From: Nitrospirota bacterium
Lineage (GTDB): Bacteria > Nitrospirota > UBA9217
DNA length: 64,000 bases
NCBI GenBank assembly: GCA_963749655.1
Contig: CAVVOB010000015.1
Span: 64,001 to 128,000 of the forward strand
Reading direction: 5' to 3'
Shown here: one piece after another, positions 10,764 through 21,062 of the stretch
Position numbering within the stretch: position 1 is the first letter of the stretch
Layout: every line of letters starts with the position of its first letter
Made by a program: the position numbers and the translations under genes
The notes under the pieces: generated by a model
The model's database searches: none
What the model was told of the DNA's origin: nothing
What the model saw: only the letters and a program-made list of their open reading frames with translations

Positions 10764-13385
10764 TCATGCGACACCCCGCCGCTGCCTCACGAATTCCAGC
10801 TCCTCCGTGTCGTTCGTCACCTTGCCGTCAAGTCTGGCGATCAGCAGTTCTGCCATGATCTGCCGGTACCGCGGCCCCGGCGGGATACCGAGGTGTTTGA
10901 GGTCGTCCCCCGTGAGCGATATACGGATCGTGCGGAGGCGGGTGAGGTACAACGATATGTATTTTCTGGCACGTTCCTGACGCGCTTTGGCCATCATCAG
11001 GAGTATGGCCTCGATGTCCAGCGCCGAGAGCAGTTCATAAATCCTGCTGGGCGGCAGCTCCGACTCTTTGTAGAATATGTACAGAATGTCACGGGTGCGG
11101 ATCCTCGCCTGTCGCACCCGTTCCCGGGTGCGGACCGGAACCGCAAGGCGTTCAAGCGCCTCGGCTGCCGACGCATCCTTCATCCTGTCCATCAGCCCGA
11201 GCAAATACACGAACCACCGGTCGACTTTCAGGTCAAGGTAGAGCAACCTGAACCAGGTCAGGGTCTCGCCGATGCCGGAAAACAGCCGTTCGAGCTCCGT
11301 CGATCCCTTCAAGTTGGGGTGAAAGAACTTGAGGAGGTCCAGCTCTTTCATCCGCTTTAAAACTTTGAGCGGCTCCGCCTCGGAAAACATCAGAACAAGC
11401 TCCGTGTAGATCCGCTCGCCTGTCAGGCGGTCGAACAGCTTCATGGCCACCGCCGTCTTGATCAGGTTCTGGGTATGCTTGCTCAGGTGGAAGTCGAAGC
11501 GCTGTTCGAACCTGATGGCCCGCAGCACCCTCGTCGGGTCCTCGACAAAAGACAGGCTGTGCAGCACCCGTATTGTCCTGTCCTTGATGTCGCGCAGCCC
11601 GCCGAAAAAGTCTATGAGGTCTCCATACCGCTGATGATTGAGACGGACTGCAAGGGTGTTGATTGTGAAATCCCTGCGATAGAGGTCTTTTTTTATGGAA
11701 GACAATTCAACCGTGGGTAGGGCTGCCGGTGACTGATAGTATTCAAGCCGCGCCGTTGCAATATCGAGTTTGAGCCCGTTGGGAAGCACGACGACCGCAG
11801 TACCGAACTTCTGGTGTGTTTTCATGCGGCCCCCCGCCTTTTGCACCAGCATGCCGGCGAAGGTGATGCCGTCTCCTTCTACGACGATATCGACGTCACG
11901 GTTCACGACGCGCAGAAAGAGATCACGCACGATGCCGCCCACCAGGTAGACCGGAAATCCGATCTCGTCTCCGATGTCACCGACGACATGGAGGGCATCG
12001 CGCACGTCCGGCGGAACGCGCTCCTCGATCAGGCCCCGGATGTTCCTCATCGACCGAAGCGATGCGTCGTCCGATTCGGGCACGTCGGCGAGCCGTTCCT
12101 CGTGAAGCGAACGAAGCAGATCAGTGCGGGTAATGGCGCCCACGAGCGTCCCCGTCCGGTTGAGAACGGGAAGGAACCGCTGGTGTTCTTCGATCATTAT
12201 CCGCTCAACCTGGCCGAGCGGCGTGTCCGGAGATACCAGGGGACCGCCGCTGGTCATGAAATCATCCACCCGCTGCTTCCCCAAGCCGTGAAAGAGGGCC
12301 TTTTGAACCACCTCGCGCGTGATGATTCCCCGGTAGGACTCTCCATCCAGCACCGGGAGGACATTGACACTGAACCGTGTCATGGCTTCACCGGCGTCGG
12401 CTATGGTGCTGTCGAGGGGTATCGTCTTCACCGGTGAGGTCATGATCTCACCGGCGTCGGGACCGGGTTTAATGTGCTTCTTCAGGATATCGATGAGGCG
12501 TTCGCGGGTCTGAAGATAGGTCATGTCCCTGACCACGGCGGAAGCGGCGGTGGCATGGCCGCCGCCGCCCAGCTGCTCAAGCACCAGCCCCGCGTTCACC
12601 TGAGGGATGCGGCAGCGTGCGATGACGTGGGTCTTGTCGCCCATCTGTACGACAAGGAAGAGCACGTCAACGCTCTCCATGTCCCGGATTTTATGCGCAA
12701 GGTTCGCAAGATCGGGGACAAAATGAGGAATTGCCAGTGAGGAGATAATAACGGGCACGCCGTTGATATCGTAGCTCTTCGCGGTCTCGATCAGATTGTT
12801 CAGGATCGAGATCTGCTCCGCAGTCGGCTCACGTGAAATGAAGTCGGCGATGATGTTCAGCTGTGCCCCCTGGGAAACAAGAAAGGCCGCGGCCAGGATA
12901 TCCCGCTCGGTGGTCGAAATAAAGGTAAGAGATCCCGTTTCCTCGTAGATGCCGAGCGCCATGATCGTTGCTTCAAGCGCAGTCAGGGGGATGTTCCGCT
13001 TCCGGAGCTGCTCGACCATGATGGTGGTCGTGGCTCCGATCTCCTCGATCGCCTCATACTCCCCTCGGATGTCTCCTTCCGCATGAGGGTGGTGGTCATA
13101 GATGTGCACCGACACATCGGGACGCTTCAAGGCGGCGGCGAGCTTCCCGAGCCGCATCGGATTCCGGTTGTCGACGATGATGAGACGGGTTACGGCGTCG
13201 ACATCGACATTCTTCAGGCGCTCGAATTCGAGCGCATAAAACATGGATTCCAGGAAAAAATCCCGCATGCTCTTTTCCTGAGAACCGGGAAAAACGAGTT
13301 TTGCGTCGGGATAAAGCTTCTTCGCCGCGACCATTGAAGCCAGAGCGTCGAAGTCGGCATTCGTATGGCTGGTTATGACTTCCAT
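10764..13385 (-). CDS. DHH-CBS-tRNA nucleotidyltransferase (probably A-adding enzyme)
   Basis: HTNADFD, DHH, GGGGH, CBS pair, VGGIVRD..DVDIV, DLYRRDFTIN, EDPTRVLRA. Confidence 0.88.
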   Translation of the reverse strand: MEVITSHTNADFDALASMVAAKKLYPDAKLVFPGSQEKSMRDFFLESMFYALEFERLKNVDVDAVTRLIIVDNRNPMRLGKLAAALKRPDVSVHIYDHHPHAEGDIRGEYEAIEEIGATTTIMVEQLRKRNIPLTALEATIMALGIYEETGSLTFISTTERDILAAAFLVSQGAQLNIIADFISREPTAEQISILNNLIETAKSYDINGVPVIISSLAIPHFVPDLANLAHKIRDMESVDVLFLVVQMGDKTHVIARCRIPQVNAGLVLEQLGGGGHATAASAVVRDMTYLQTRERLIDILKKHIKPGPDAGEIMTSPVKTIPLDSTIADAGEAMTRFSVNVLPVLDGESYRGIITREVVQKALFHGLGKQRVDDFMTSGGPLVSPDTPLGQVERIMIEEHQRFLPVLNRTGTLVGAITRTDLLRSLHEERLADVPESDDASLRSMRNIRGLIEERVPPDVRDALHVVGDIGDEIGFPVYLVGGIVRDLFLRVVNRDVDIVVEGDGITFAGMLVQKAGGRMKTHQKFGTAVVVLPNGLKLDIATARLEYYQSPAALPTVELSSIKKDLYRRDFTINTLAVRLNHQRYGDLIDFFGGLRDIKDRTIRVLHSLSFVEDPTRVLRAIRFEQRFDFHLSKHTQNLIKTAVAMKLFDRLTGERIYTELVLMFSEAEPLKVLKRMKELDLLKFFHPNLKGSTELERLFSGIGETLTWFRLLYLDLKVDRWFVYLLGLMDRMKDASAAEALERLAVPVRTRERVRQARIRTRDILYIFYKESELPPSRIYELLSALDIEAILLMMAKARQERARKYISLYLTRLRTIRISLTGDDLKHLGIPPGPRYRQIMAELLIARLDGKVTNDTEELEFVRQRRGVA

Positions 13386-13474
13386 AGTTATATTGGAAAA
13401 TTGCGGAAATTGCGGATTTTAATCTCTGAAATTTGCATGTAGCATTCCGAAATCCGCATTCACATTCGTTTGCA

Positions 13475-14356
13475 TCATCCCCTCGGATGATATTTTTCAT
13501 GTATTCGCCGGAGCCGCTCCTTTGATACATGGGTATAGATCTGCGTTGTTGATATGTCAGAATGTCCCAGCATGGCCTGGACCGACCGCAGGTCCGCGCC
13601 GTTGTCCAGCAGGTGGGTGGCAAAGGAATGCCTGAGCGTATGGGGCGATACGTTTCTTTCAATGCCCCCCTTCCTGGCATAGAACTTGATGCGTTCCCAG
13701 AACATCTGTCGCGTGATTCTCATCCGCTTTGAGCTGATGAACAAATAGTCGGAGTCGGCGGTCTTCAAGAGAGCACGCCGCCCGTGGTCCAGATAATTCT
13801 GCAGATGAACAGACGCAGCCTCGCCGATCGGAACGGCTCTTTCTTTGGATCCCTTTCCGATGACCATGAGAAATCCGCGTTCCAGATTCACGTCGTTGAG
13901 CCTTAGTTCGACAAGCTCGCTCACACGGAGACCTGTTGCGTAGAGCAGCTCCAGCATGGCCTTGTCGCGCATTCCGATATTGGTTGCACGATCTGGCTGA
14001 TCGAGAAGCACATCGACATCGGCTGCAGAGATCGTCCGGGGAAGGCGCTGCCACCCCCGGGGAGTGTCGAGATTGGACGTCGGATCGCGGTCGGACAGGC
14101 CGTCGATCTGCAGGTACTTATGAAATCCTTTGATTGCGGCAAGACACCGGGCAAGCGAAGCGGGGGCTATCCCGGAGGAGGAACGGAACGCTAAAAAAGT
14201 GGCCACATCATCCTGAGAGATTTCGTCCGGCGCCGCAGCGCCGACGAATTCGAAATAGCCGCGGAGGTCCCGCTCATAGGACAAAATCGTGTTGCGGGCA
14301 AGTCCTTTTTCAACGGCGAGATAATTCAAGTATTTCCCGATGATCAAGTAGTCCAT
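13475..14356 (-). CDS. xerD: Site-specific tyrosine recombinase XerD
   Basis: LYATGLRVSEL, GKGSKER, SPHTLRHSFATH, LGHSDISTTQIYTH, YHPRG C-terminus. Confidence 0.92.
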   Translation of the reverse strand: MDYLIIGKYLNYLAVEKGLARNTILSYERDLRGYFEFVGAAAPDEISQDDVATFLAFRSSSGIAPASLARCLAAIKGFHKYLQIDGLSDRDPTSNLDTPRGWQRLPRTISAADVDVLLDQPDRATNIGMRDKAMLELLYATGLRVSELVELRLNDVNLERGFLMVIGKGSKERAVPIGEAASVHLQNYLDHGRRALLKTADSDYLFISSKRMRITRQMFWERIKFYARKGGIERNVSPHTLRHSFATHLLDNGADLRSVQAMLGHSDISTTQIYTHVSKERLRRIHEKYHPRG

Positions 14357-14555
14357 GGCATTCCGTGCACCGGTTGATCCTGATGTCTGATTTTATGTCA
14401 TTGCACGGGAAAAAGCAAGGATATGGCGGGATAACGCAGATTGAAGCCCCTGGCACCGCTGTCGGACTTGACGGCGCTGCCGGCGGAGTGCGGAACTGCG
14501 AGATTGCAGCACTCGGTGCAGTGCGGTGAATGCCTTCGGGAAGAGCGGAGGACAA

Positions 14556-15557
14556 TCAGGGGGCTTTCAGGTACTGAAAGACCTCGATCCTTTTATTAAT
14601 CTGGTCGGCAACGTAAATACGGTCGTTTTCGTCTATGGCGATGGCAGCAGGCAGATGGAATTGGCCCGCCCGGGGGCCGAGCCCGCCGATGAACATCAGG
14701 GTATTTCCTTCCTGGTCGAAAATCTGGAAATTGCTGAAGGCCCCATCAGTCACATAGATGTGGCCGTCGGAATCAACGGCGATCCCTTTTGGATTTGCGA
14801 ATTGCCCCGGCTGGTCCCCGACGCTCCCGAACTTTCTCAGGAACTTGCCGTCCGCCGTGAATATCTGCACTCTGAAATTACCGCTGTCGAGAACATATAC
14901 GGTTCCCGCATGATCGACCGTAATGGACAGCGGGAGATTGAATTTTCCGTCATCCCTTCCCAGGCCGCCGAAGGTAAACAGGGTTTTGCCTGCAAGGTCG
15001 AGAACCCGCACTTTGTGACTGTTCCGTTCGACTACATACAACCTTCCCAGCGAATCGTTGATGGCGACGGCCACCGGCCTGTTCTCCACGGGAAAGCTGG
15101 TTTTATAGGTGCGATTAGCGCCATATACCATAATTTTCGATAAACCCGCATCTGCAATATACACGTTGCCCTTTGCATCAGCTGCTATCGAAGCCGGACT
15201 TCGCAACCCTTCTCTGAAGCCCAGCAGGAACATCCGTTTTTCCGAGAAAGCGAAGATCATTGCGTTTTTCAAGATGAGGTCGGTAACATAGAGCTTGCCG
15301 CCCTGTGAAAAAACGCCGTATGGTCTCTCCATTGTGTCGATATAGTCCTTGCCGAAAAGCTTTTCTTTGAACGAATAGACTCTGTCGATATCGTCTTCTG
15401 AATAAATGGACTCGACGTACTTGATTCGCGGTTGATCGGGCGGCAAGGGCCAGAGCAGGTTGGTGGGCTCAACACGCCTGTTCGCGGGATTGCAGGCAAA
15501 AACAGGCAGCAACAAAAGCATTGAAACGGCAATAAGGGAGCTACGACGAAATGTCAT
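14556..15557 (-). CDS. NHL-repeat beta-propeller lipoprotein
   Basis: Lipobox VFAC, WPLPPDQPRI motif, multiple F..P.GIAVD NHL repeats. Confidence 0.85.
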   Translation of the reverse strand: MTFRRSSLIAVSMLLLLPVFACNPANRRVEPTNLLWPLPPDQPRIKYVESIYSEDDIDRVYSFKEKLFGKDYIDTMERPYGVFSQGGKLYVTDLILKNAMIFAFSEKRMFLLGFREGLRSPASIAADAKGNVYIADAGLSKIMVYGANRTYKTSFPVENRPVAVAINDSLGRLYVVERNSHKVRVLDLAGKTLFTFGGLGRDDGKFNLPLSITVDHAGTVYVLDSGNFRVQIFTADGKFLRKFGSVGDQPGQFANPKGIAVDSDGHIYVTDGAFSNFQIFDQEGNTLMFIGGLGPRAGQFHLPAAIAIDENDRIYVADQINKRIEVFQYLKAP

Positions 15558-15567
15558 CGGGAAAAAC

Positions 15568-16608
15568 TCATTTCACATATTGGAAGGTCTGCACACGGCC
15601 GTTTGTTTGATCGGCGATGTAGATACGATTTTGCTCATCAATGTAGATGCCCGCCGGCATCCAAAAATCTCCGGAAAGACTCCCTGTTCTTCCCCAAGTC
15701 AGCAGGAAAATGCCTTCCGGATCGAACACAAGGATATTATTGCTTACCGAATCGGTAACGTATAAGTGTCCGTCGGCATCCACCGCTATGCCTTTCGGCT
15801 GAATGGCATACCCGGGCATTGTACCAGAAAGACTGAAGGACTTCAAGAATTTACCCTCGGAATCGTACTCATACACGCTCCTGCGAAGGGTATCGAGTAC
15901 GAAAACGTTCCCCTTGGAATCAAGGGCGACCGCGCCGGGAAACTTGAAATCCTCGGACTTTTTCCCCGTGGCACCGATATCGAACAGATGATCGCCGTTC
16001 GTACTGAACACTTTCACCTGATGGGTGTGAGTGTCAGCGACATAGAGTCTGTTGCGAAAATTATCGACAGCGAGGCCTCCTGGTCTGGAGAGGGAGTTTA
16101 TCTGCCTGGATATGGGCCCGAGGGTGCCGCCGAGGACTAAGCTGACATTTCCATTTCTGTCAAAGCCGAATACTTTTCCCTGCTGCGCATCAGAGACAAA
16201 AACGACGCCTGCAGAGTCCACAGCGATGCCGGAAGGAGAGAGCAATTTCAGCTGACTTCCCGCGGTCGGAGCCGCATTGTTCAGGATCGTAACGTTGCGG
16301 TTCCCTCTGTCGAATATGAACACCCGGGCGGGCGATGCATCGGTCACATAAACGCGGAAAGCATCGGCGTAGACGGAATTAGGCGCCTGAAGGGTAGTAG
16401 CGCGGTCGGTGTTGTATGCAATGTCCTTGAAGCTTTCCCCGCGAAGGCTCGCTTCGTTCCGGAGGGTTTCCACATAGAGAAACGAAAGGCCTTTCTGCGC
16501 GGCTGCATCCTCTTTTCCGATGATGACGCTGCAGCCGGCAGCGCAAAGAGCGACAATGAAAAGTCCTGTGTATAAGGTTCGTGAGATCATAGGTAATTTT
16601 GCCTGCAT
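15568..16608 (-). CDS. NHL-repeat beta-propeller lipoprotein
   Basis: Lipobox AAGC and NHL repeats (PSGIAVD, PGGLAVD, PKGIAVD). Confidence 0.85.
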   Translation of the reverse strand: MQAKLPMISRTLYTGLFIVALCAAGCSVIIGKEDAAAQKGLSFLYVETLRNEASLRGESFKDIAYNTDRATTLQAPNSVYADAFRVYVTDASPARVFIFDRGNRNVTILNNAAPTAGSQLKLLSPSGIAVDSAGVVFVSDAQQGKVFGFDRNGNVSLVLGGTLGPISRQINSLSRPGGLAVDNFRNRLYVADTHTHQVKVFSTNGDHLFDIGATGKKSEDFKFPGAVALDSKGNVFVLDTLRRSVYEYDSEGKFLKSFSLSGTMPGYAIQPKGIAVDADGHLYVTDSVSNNILVFDPEGIFLLTWGRTGSLSGDFWMPAGIYIDEQNRIYIADQTNGRVQTFQYVK

Positions 16609-16659
16609 TCAAACTGGGACAATTATAGCATATATTTTCTTCCAGATGAAACCAGAAAA

Positions 16660-18549
16660 TCATTTCTTCCGATGGCAAATAGTGCACAATTCATTGCGAT
16701 TTCTGATATCGTAGGCAAACAGATCCTTGGATTCTGCGCTGTGTGGATCATGACAACTGGAACAGGTCAGGCGCCGTCCCGGACGCAGCGGATCGGATTT
16801 GAGCCTGGTAGGATGCGTGATCCCCGTCAGGAGGCCGGTGATGACATGGACACCCGATGCTTTTTCCGAGTGGCAGGTGGTGCACACATCCCACGTTGAC
16901 TTTCTGAGCCAGAAACGCTGGTTGCTGGCGTGCGGATCATGACAGAGAGTGCAGTAACCAGCCTCGGTTGGCCCGTGTTTAAAGGTTTTAGCGAGCACTT
17001 CGCCGTGGCATTTAAGACAGACTTCCTTCACGGTCAGGTTGTTTGTTGTGGCGGCATCCTGATCGAAAACCCTTGCATACTGTTTGGACCCGAGAACATA
17101 GGTTATTTTCGTCTGGGCCGGAAGCTGAGCGCCCTTTGCGTCTTTTTTTACGACATAGGAGAGGGTTTCGGAGAAATTCCCGTCCATATTTCCAAGGTCC
17201 CAAACCAGATCGGAATCCTTTGCCCTGGGTTCCTTGGCGCTTCCCTGGAAATGCCCGCTCCCCTTCAAATAATGGACACCGGAAGGAATCCTTTCTGTGA
17301 GAGTAATTTTTTCAACCCTTGGCCCCTTAGTATAGGACATACTGATGAGCACCCTTTCCCGGTCCGTGAGAAGGGGTAGGTTCCGGCTGTTCGTTATCGC
17401 AACGTCGGCAGGATATACGACTACCTCGACGCGGTTGTTGAGTTCTCTGCCCTCCTGTGTACCATTGTCGGCCTTGGGCAGTGTGTCGCCCATGCCGACC
17501 GCAGTGATGTTTCTCGCCGGCGCGATCTTCGCTTCCTCCAATAATGCCGCGACGGCCTTTGCACGTTCCGCGGACAAAGCTTCGTTACTGACGAAGCCCT
17601 TCCCTTTTTTCGGCCCATTGTCCGTATGCCCTTCAATGCGTACACGGTCTCCCGGACTCGCTTTCACGTAAGCAATAACGTCTTTCAGTATTTCCAGGGC
17701 TTTATTCCGCGAAACGAGGACCGCGCTGGACGGCATGAACAGCTCCGTGCTCGAAAGCGTGTAGAGTACCGGTTCGACCGGCTGCACGGTTTTGGCGACC
17801 CTCCAGGGATCAAAGGACAAGAATTGATATTTCACAGGGTAGATGGCCGGGTCGTGACAACCGAGACAGTTCCAGACGGCCGCGGGACCATGCACATGGA
17901 TGCCTGTCGGTATGCTGTTGTGACAGGTGAAGCAGAGAACATCTTCAGGCTTTTTATGGGCGTAATCTTCGCTCGTCGCCTCCATCCGGTGACAGCCCGA
18001 GCATTCCGCTTCGTGTTCTCGTGAATGAAAAAGAGCCTGAGTAAAACCGGCCGGCGGCGCCCCTTTGAACGACGCCTCCCGGTTATATACGCGAAGATCG
18101 CGAGTTGCGTAGGTCTTCAAGACAGTCAGGTTCTTTTCATTCTTTACCTGAATGATGAACCTGACGGTGATCGTGTTTGCCCCCGGCTGGAGTGCAAGCC
18201 CCTGGGAAGCATGCTTTCCCGTAGAGCTGTCGATGACGGGATATTCTGTTTTATTGTTTACGACGGCCTGGAAAAACGGGGTTTTCGACCAGTCGGCGGC
18301 GGGGTCGAGGACGAGATTCACCCTGCTGTTGACCAGCGAATCCGGTCTGGGATAGAGGATTTTTACAGGCGGAGCATCCGCAGCCAGAACGTATGTTTCT
18401 GCACACAGGCAAGCAAGAACCAACGGAACTATGCAAACAAATAATCTGGTCAAAAGATGCCCCTGGTCATCGTTCCCGGTCAACGATTTGAAATGAGAGA
18501 CGCTTCTTCCGTGAGAGACGGGCTCAGCGGGAGTAGGTCTTTTGTTCAT
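16660..18549 (-). CDS. Octaheme c-type cytochrome with inserted OmpA-like domain
   Basis: 8 CXXCH motifs (3 N-terminal, 5 C-terminal) flanking IEGHTDN...LSAERA...NNRVEV. Confidence 0.85.
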   Translation of the reverse strand: MNKRPTPAEPVSHGRSVSHFKSLTGNDDQGHLLTRLFVCIVPLVLACLCAETYVLAADAPPVKILYPRPDSLVNSRVNLVLDPAADWSKTPFFQAVVNNKTEYPVIDSSTGKHASQGLALQPGANTITVRFIIQVKNEKNLTVLKTYATRDLRVYNREASFKGAPPAGFTQALFHSREHEAECSGCHRMEATSEDYAHKKPEDVLCFTCHNSIPTGIHVHGPAAVWNCLGCHDPAIYPVKYQFLSFDPWRVAKTVQPVEPVLYTLSSTELFMPSSAVLVSRNKALEILKDVIAYVKASPGDRVRIEGHTDNGPKKGKGFVSNEALSAERAKAVAALLEEAKIAPARNITAVGMGDTLPKADNGTQEGRELNNRVEVVVYPADVAITNSRNLPLLTDRERVLISMSYTKGPRVEKITLTERIPSGVHYLKGSGHFQGSAKEPRAKDSDLVWDLGNMDGNFSETLSYVVKKDAKGAQLPAQTKITYVLGSKQYARVFDQDAATTNNLTVKEVCLKCHGEVLAKTFKHGPTEAGYCTLCHDPHASNQRFWLRKSTWDVCTTCHSEKASGVHVITGLLTGITHPTRLKSDPLRPGRRLTCSSCHDPHSAESKDLFAYDIRNRNELCTICHRKK

Positions 18550-19858
18550 GGCACCCCGGCGCGCATGATCCTCCGGTCTTGCTCGGGCTGTAATTCATCG
18601 GCATGAGCCAGCCGTTGAACCCCACCGTCTGCCGAACATGATGCAATGACCCGCTGTCGGCGTGGACTTCATGACAGGCCCTGCAGGTCCTCCCTTTTGC
18701 CGCCTTGTTTACATGAAAATAATGAAGATTCTTTCGCCCGTTCCTGAAAGCGGTAGCGTCGTCCGTTCGTGGCTCCTGGAAGGCCGTTTTGTCATGACAG
18801 GAGAAACAGAGCGCATACTTGCCGTCGGAATAGGACGTGTAGAAATCTGCCGGATAATAGCGCGTCAAAATGCGCCAATAGTCCGATCCATGGGGATTGT
18901 GACAGGAGGTGCAGTCCTTGTTCTGTACTGGGCCATGACTGTTCTTCTGGGTTGCAAGCCAAGTTTTCATGTCCATGATCCTGCCGCGTTCCGTATCGAA
19001 TTGTTTGTTATGGCAGCGCAGACAAAGGTCCATCTCAGGCTCGGGCAGGAGGCGTGCGTTGTCGGAGTAGTGCGGATCGTGGCAATTCAAGCACGTTTTG
19101 GCGTCGATCATGGGACCATGCTTGACTGCGGCTTTTTCCATCAGCGACGTTTCGCCCGGATGGCACTTGGAGCACAAGGCCGGGACCGGAGCCGACATCA
19201 TCGCTTTGTTCGCAGATCCGTGCGGGTTGTGGCATTGCACGCACGATTGCCGGACAGGCTGATGAGATGACTTCTTTATTTTCAGACCGTCTTCTTTGTC
19301 AGGATGGCAGGTAAAACACAGCTTATTCCCCTCCGCAATCAGTCTGTGCGGAAAATCACTTTGATGGTTGTCATGACAGCCGGAACAGTCGCCTCCGGCC
19401 ACGGGAGGGTGCATGACCTTCTGCTTCATCATGCTGTCAGGATGGCACTGGAAGCAAAGGCTGGGTACGGTGTCCTTCAGCATGCCTTTATTCGGAGAAC
19501 CGTGGGGATTATGGCACGTAGTACAGTCTTTCCCCATGATCGGAGCATGAACCGTCTTTTTCGTGTTTTTCGGCTCATGGCACATATAGCAGAGGTCTGA
19601 ATCTGATTGGACCAGGGAAATCGTCAGGTTACCCGGATGCTTCGCATTCTTTTTTGCAGGTTCCTGCGTCACCTGGTGACAAGTGGAGCATCCATCCTTG
19701 ACAGGAGCATGAACAAACTTGAATTTCGTGAATTTAGAGTGGCAGGAGCCCGAGATGCAGGATTCGGTTTGAGAGAAGGACGGAGAAACGAGCATGGTGT
19801 TCATCGTGACGATCAACAAGGAGAACAATAAAATGTCCCTTATAGGTTCTTTATTCAT
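18524..19858 (-). CDS. Multiheme c-type cytochrome (13 CXXCH plus CX4CH and CX3CH), paired-CXXCH type
   Basis: Signal peptide and H.PV...CxxCHxPH repeats. The start at 19858 has a GGGAG RBS and lies downstream of a sigma54 promoter. Confidence 0.9.
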   Translation of the reverse strand: MNKEPIRDILLFSLLIVTMNTMLVSPSFSQTESCISGSCHSKFTKFKFVHAPVKDGCSTCHQVTQEPAKKNAKHPGNLTISLVQSDSDLCYMCHEPKNTKKTVHAPIMGKDCTTCHNPHGSPNKGMLKDTVPSLCFQCHPDSMMKQKVMHPPVAGGDCSGCHDNHQSDFPHRLIAEGNKLCFTCHPDKEDGLKIKKSSHQPVRQSCVQCHNPHGSANKAMMSAPVPALCSKCHPGETSLMEKAAVKHGPMIDAKTCLNCHDPHYSDNARLLPEPEMDLCLRCHNKQFDTERGRIMDMKTWLATQKNSHGPVQNKDCTSCHNPHGSDYWRILTRYYPADFYTSYSDGKYALCFSCHDKTAFQEPRTDDATAFRNGRKNLHYFHVNKAAKGRTCRACHEVHADSGSLHHVRQTVGFNGWLMPMNYSPSKTGGSCAPGCHEQKTYSR

Positions 19859-19937
19859 ATTCGTAAAACTCCCTGTTGTTTGTAAATGATTGGCGAGATG
19901 ATGATTGATAAATATTCTTTTTATCCAAGGTAAAAAC

Positions 19938-19953
19938 TGCAAATTATGTGCCC
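19938..19953 (-). promoter_or_regulatory. Sigma54 -24/-12 promoter
   Basis: Minus strand GGGCACATAATTTGCA (GG-N10-GC), with an IHF-like AATCATAGTCTTG at 19978-19990. Confidence 0.7.
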
Positions 19954-20035
19954 GTAAAAAGAAATCAGAAATACTAGCAAGACTATGATTTTATGAAGAT
20001 AATTAATCTACTATCTAATATGAATTAACATCTTT

Positions 20036-20072
20036 TGAGCAAATATGCTCATAACAATTAATTATCGCTCTA
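20036..20072. promoter_or_regulatory. Putative enhancer (bEBP upstream activating site)
   Basis: Palindrome TGAGC-N6-GCTCA plus a CGCTCTA element, repeated at 28535-28572. Confidence 0.6.
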
Positions 20073-20248
20073 GAGGAAAAGGACCGCCGAGAAAAAAGAA
20101 TTACCCTTAATTACGTACGGCCGGCAAAAACCGCTTTTCCGGCAACGTAAAATACCAATCCCTACAATCGATCTGTAGTCCGGATCACGGGAAAAAAGGG
20201 GCGCGTACGCTCAGTGCGGGGAAAACGGACAAGGGGGGACCAAGCCCA

Positions 20249-21010
20249 TTATTCAAGATCGGGATGACAGCGCTTACAATCCTGAATCGGGAAAGCAACA
20301 GTCAGATGGCAGGCTCCGCAGAACATTCCTTTATTGATGTAGTCCATGCGGAAATGCTTTGTGCCTTTTTTCTGGATATTAAAGATATCAGGATGACAGT
20401 CTGCGCAATCAAGCCACTCTGTATGCTTCAGATGAGGAAAAACGGCTCTGGTCTTTATCATGTTCCATTCCGGTTCAAGACGCAGGTTTTTGTCGAAGGG
20501 AATCGGCTCATAATTATCCGTAAGGCTCTGATGCGGTTTTATCATTTTTTTCCTGAGAGCCTTCACCCAGTTCACTTGATCGCCGTATCTCGCCCGGGGA
20601 AGGTTGTCCAGTTCCGAGTACCTGGCGTCTGTGGATCCGATGTTTCCGGTATGGCAGAGCAGACAGGTCTCTTCGGTGACTGCGAACGCAATGGTTCCGT
20701 TATGGCAGGCGCCGCAATACTCGCCCTTTTTGATCTTTGCGTCGGTGATGTCGGTTGCATTCGCTTTCATTGCGAAATTAAGCTCAAAGTGACAGACACG
20801 GCACGTATAATACCGCCGATGGACCCAATGGGAAAAAGACACTGGCGGATGCGTGCTGCTGGCGGTCAATCTGCTGATGAGGACATTGCCGTACCGTGCA
20901 GGCGGAGGGAGTTGCGGAAGGTTAAAAACGTCGTCGAACTGGGTGCCGGCAGCCATTGCGGCATGACTCACGGCACCCAGCAGAACGAAGAAAAAAACTA
21001 CTACTCGCAT
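20249..21010 (-). CDS. Hexaheme cytochrome with two c7-type triheme domains
   Basis: Signal peptide, FSHWVHR..YTCRVCH, 6 CXXCH motifs. Confidence 0.88.
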   Translation of the reverse strand: MRVVVFFFVLLGAVSHAAMAAGTQFDDVFNLPQLPPPARYGNVLISRLTASSTHPPVSFSHWVHRRYYTCRVCHFELNFAMKANATDITDAKIKKGEYCGACHNGTIAFAVTEETCLLCHTGNIGSTDARYSELDNLPRARYGDQVNWVKALRKKMIKPHQSLTDNYEPIPFDKNLRLEPEWNMIKTRAVFPHLKHTEWLDCADCHPDIFNIQKKGTKHFRMDYINKGMFCGACHLTVAFPIQDCKRCHPDLE

Positions 21011-21062
21011 AAATTACCTGGCTTTGCCATCTGCCAATCGTGAAGTTCCTGCATGAAACCGA

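Noticed and set aside
13475-14356. Tyrosine recombinase as an island or integron integrase for the cytochrome locus
   Set aside because: It has the size and motifs of housekeeping XerD. There is no IntI insertion, att site or tRNA nearby.
14440-14550. Possible structured ncRNA upstream of xerD
   Set aside because: It is GC-rich with partial complementarity but has no family motif I can recognise. An Rfam/Infernal search would be needed.
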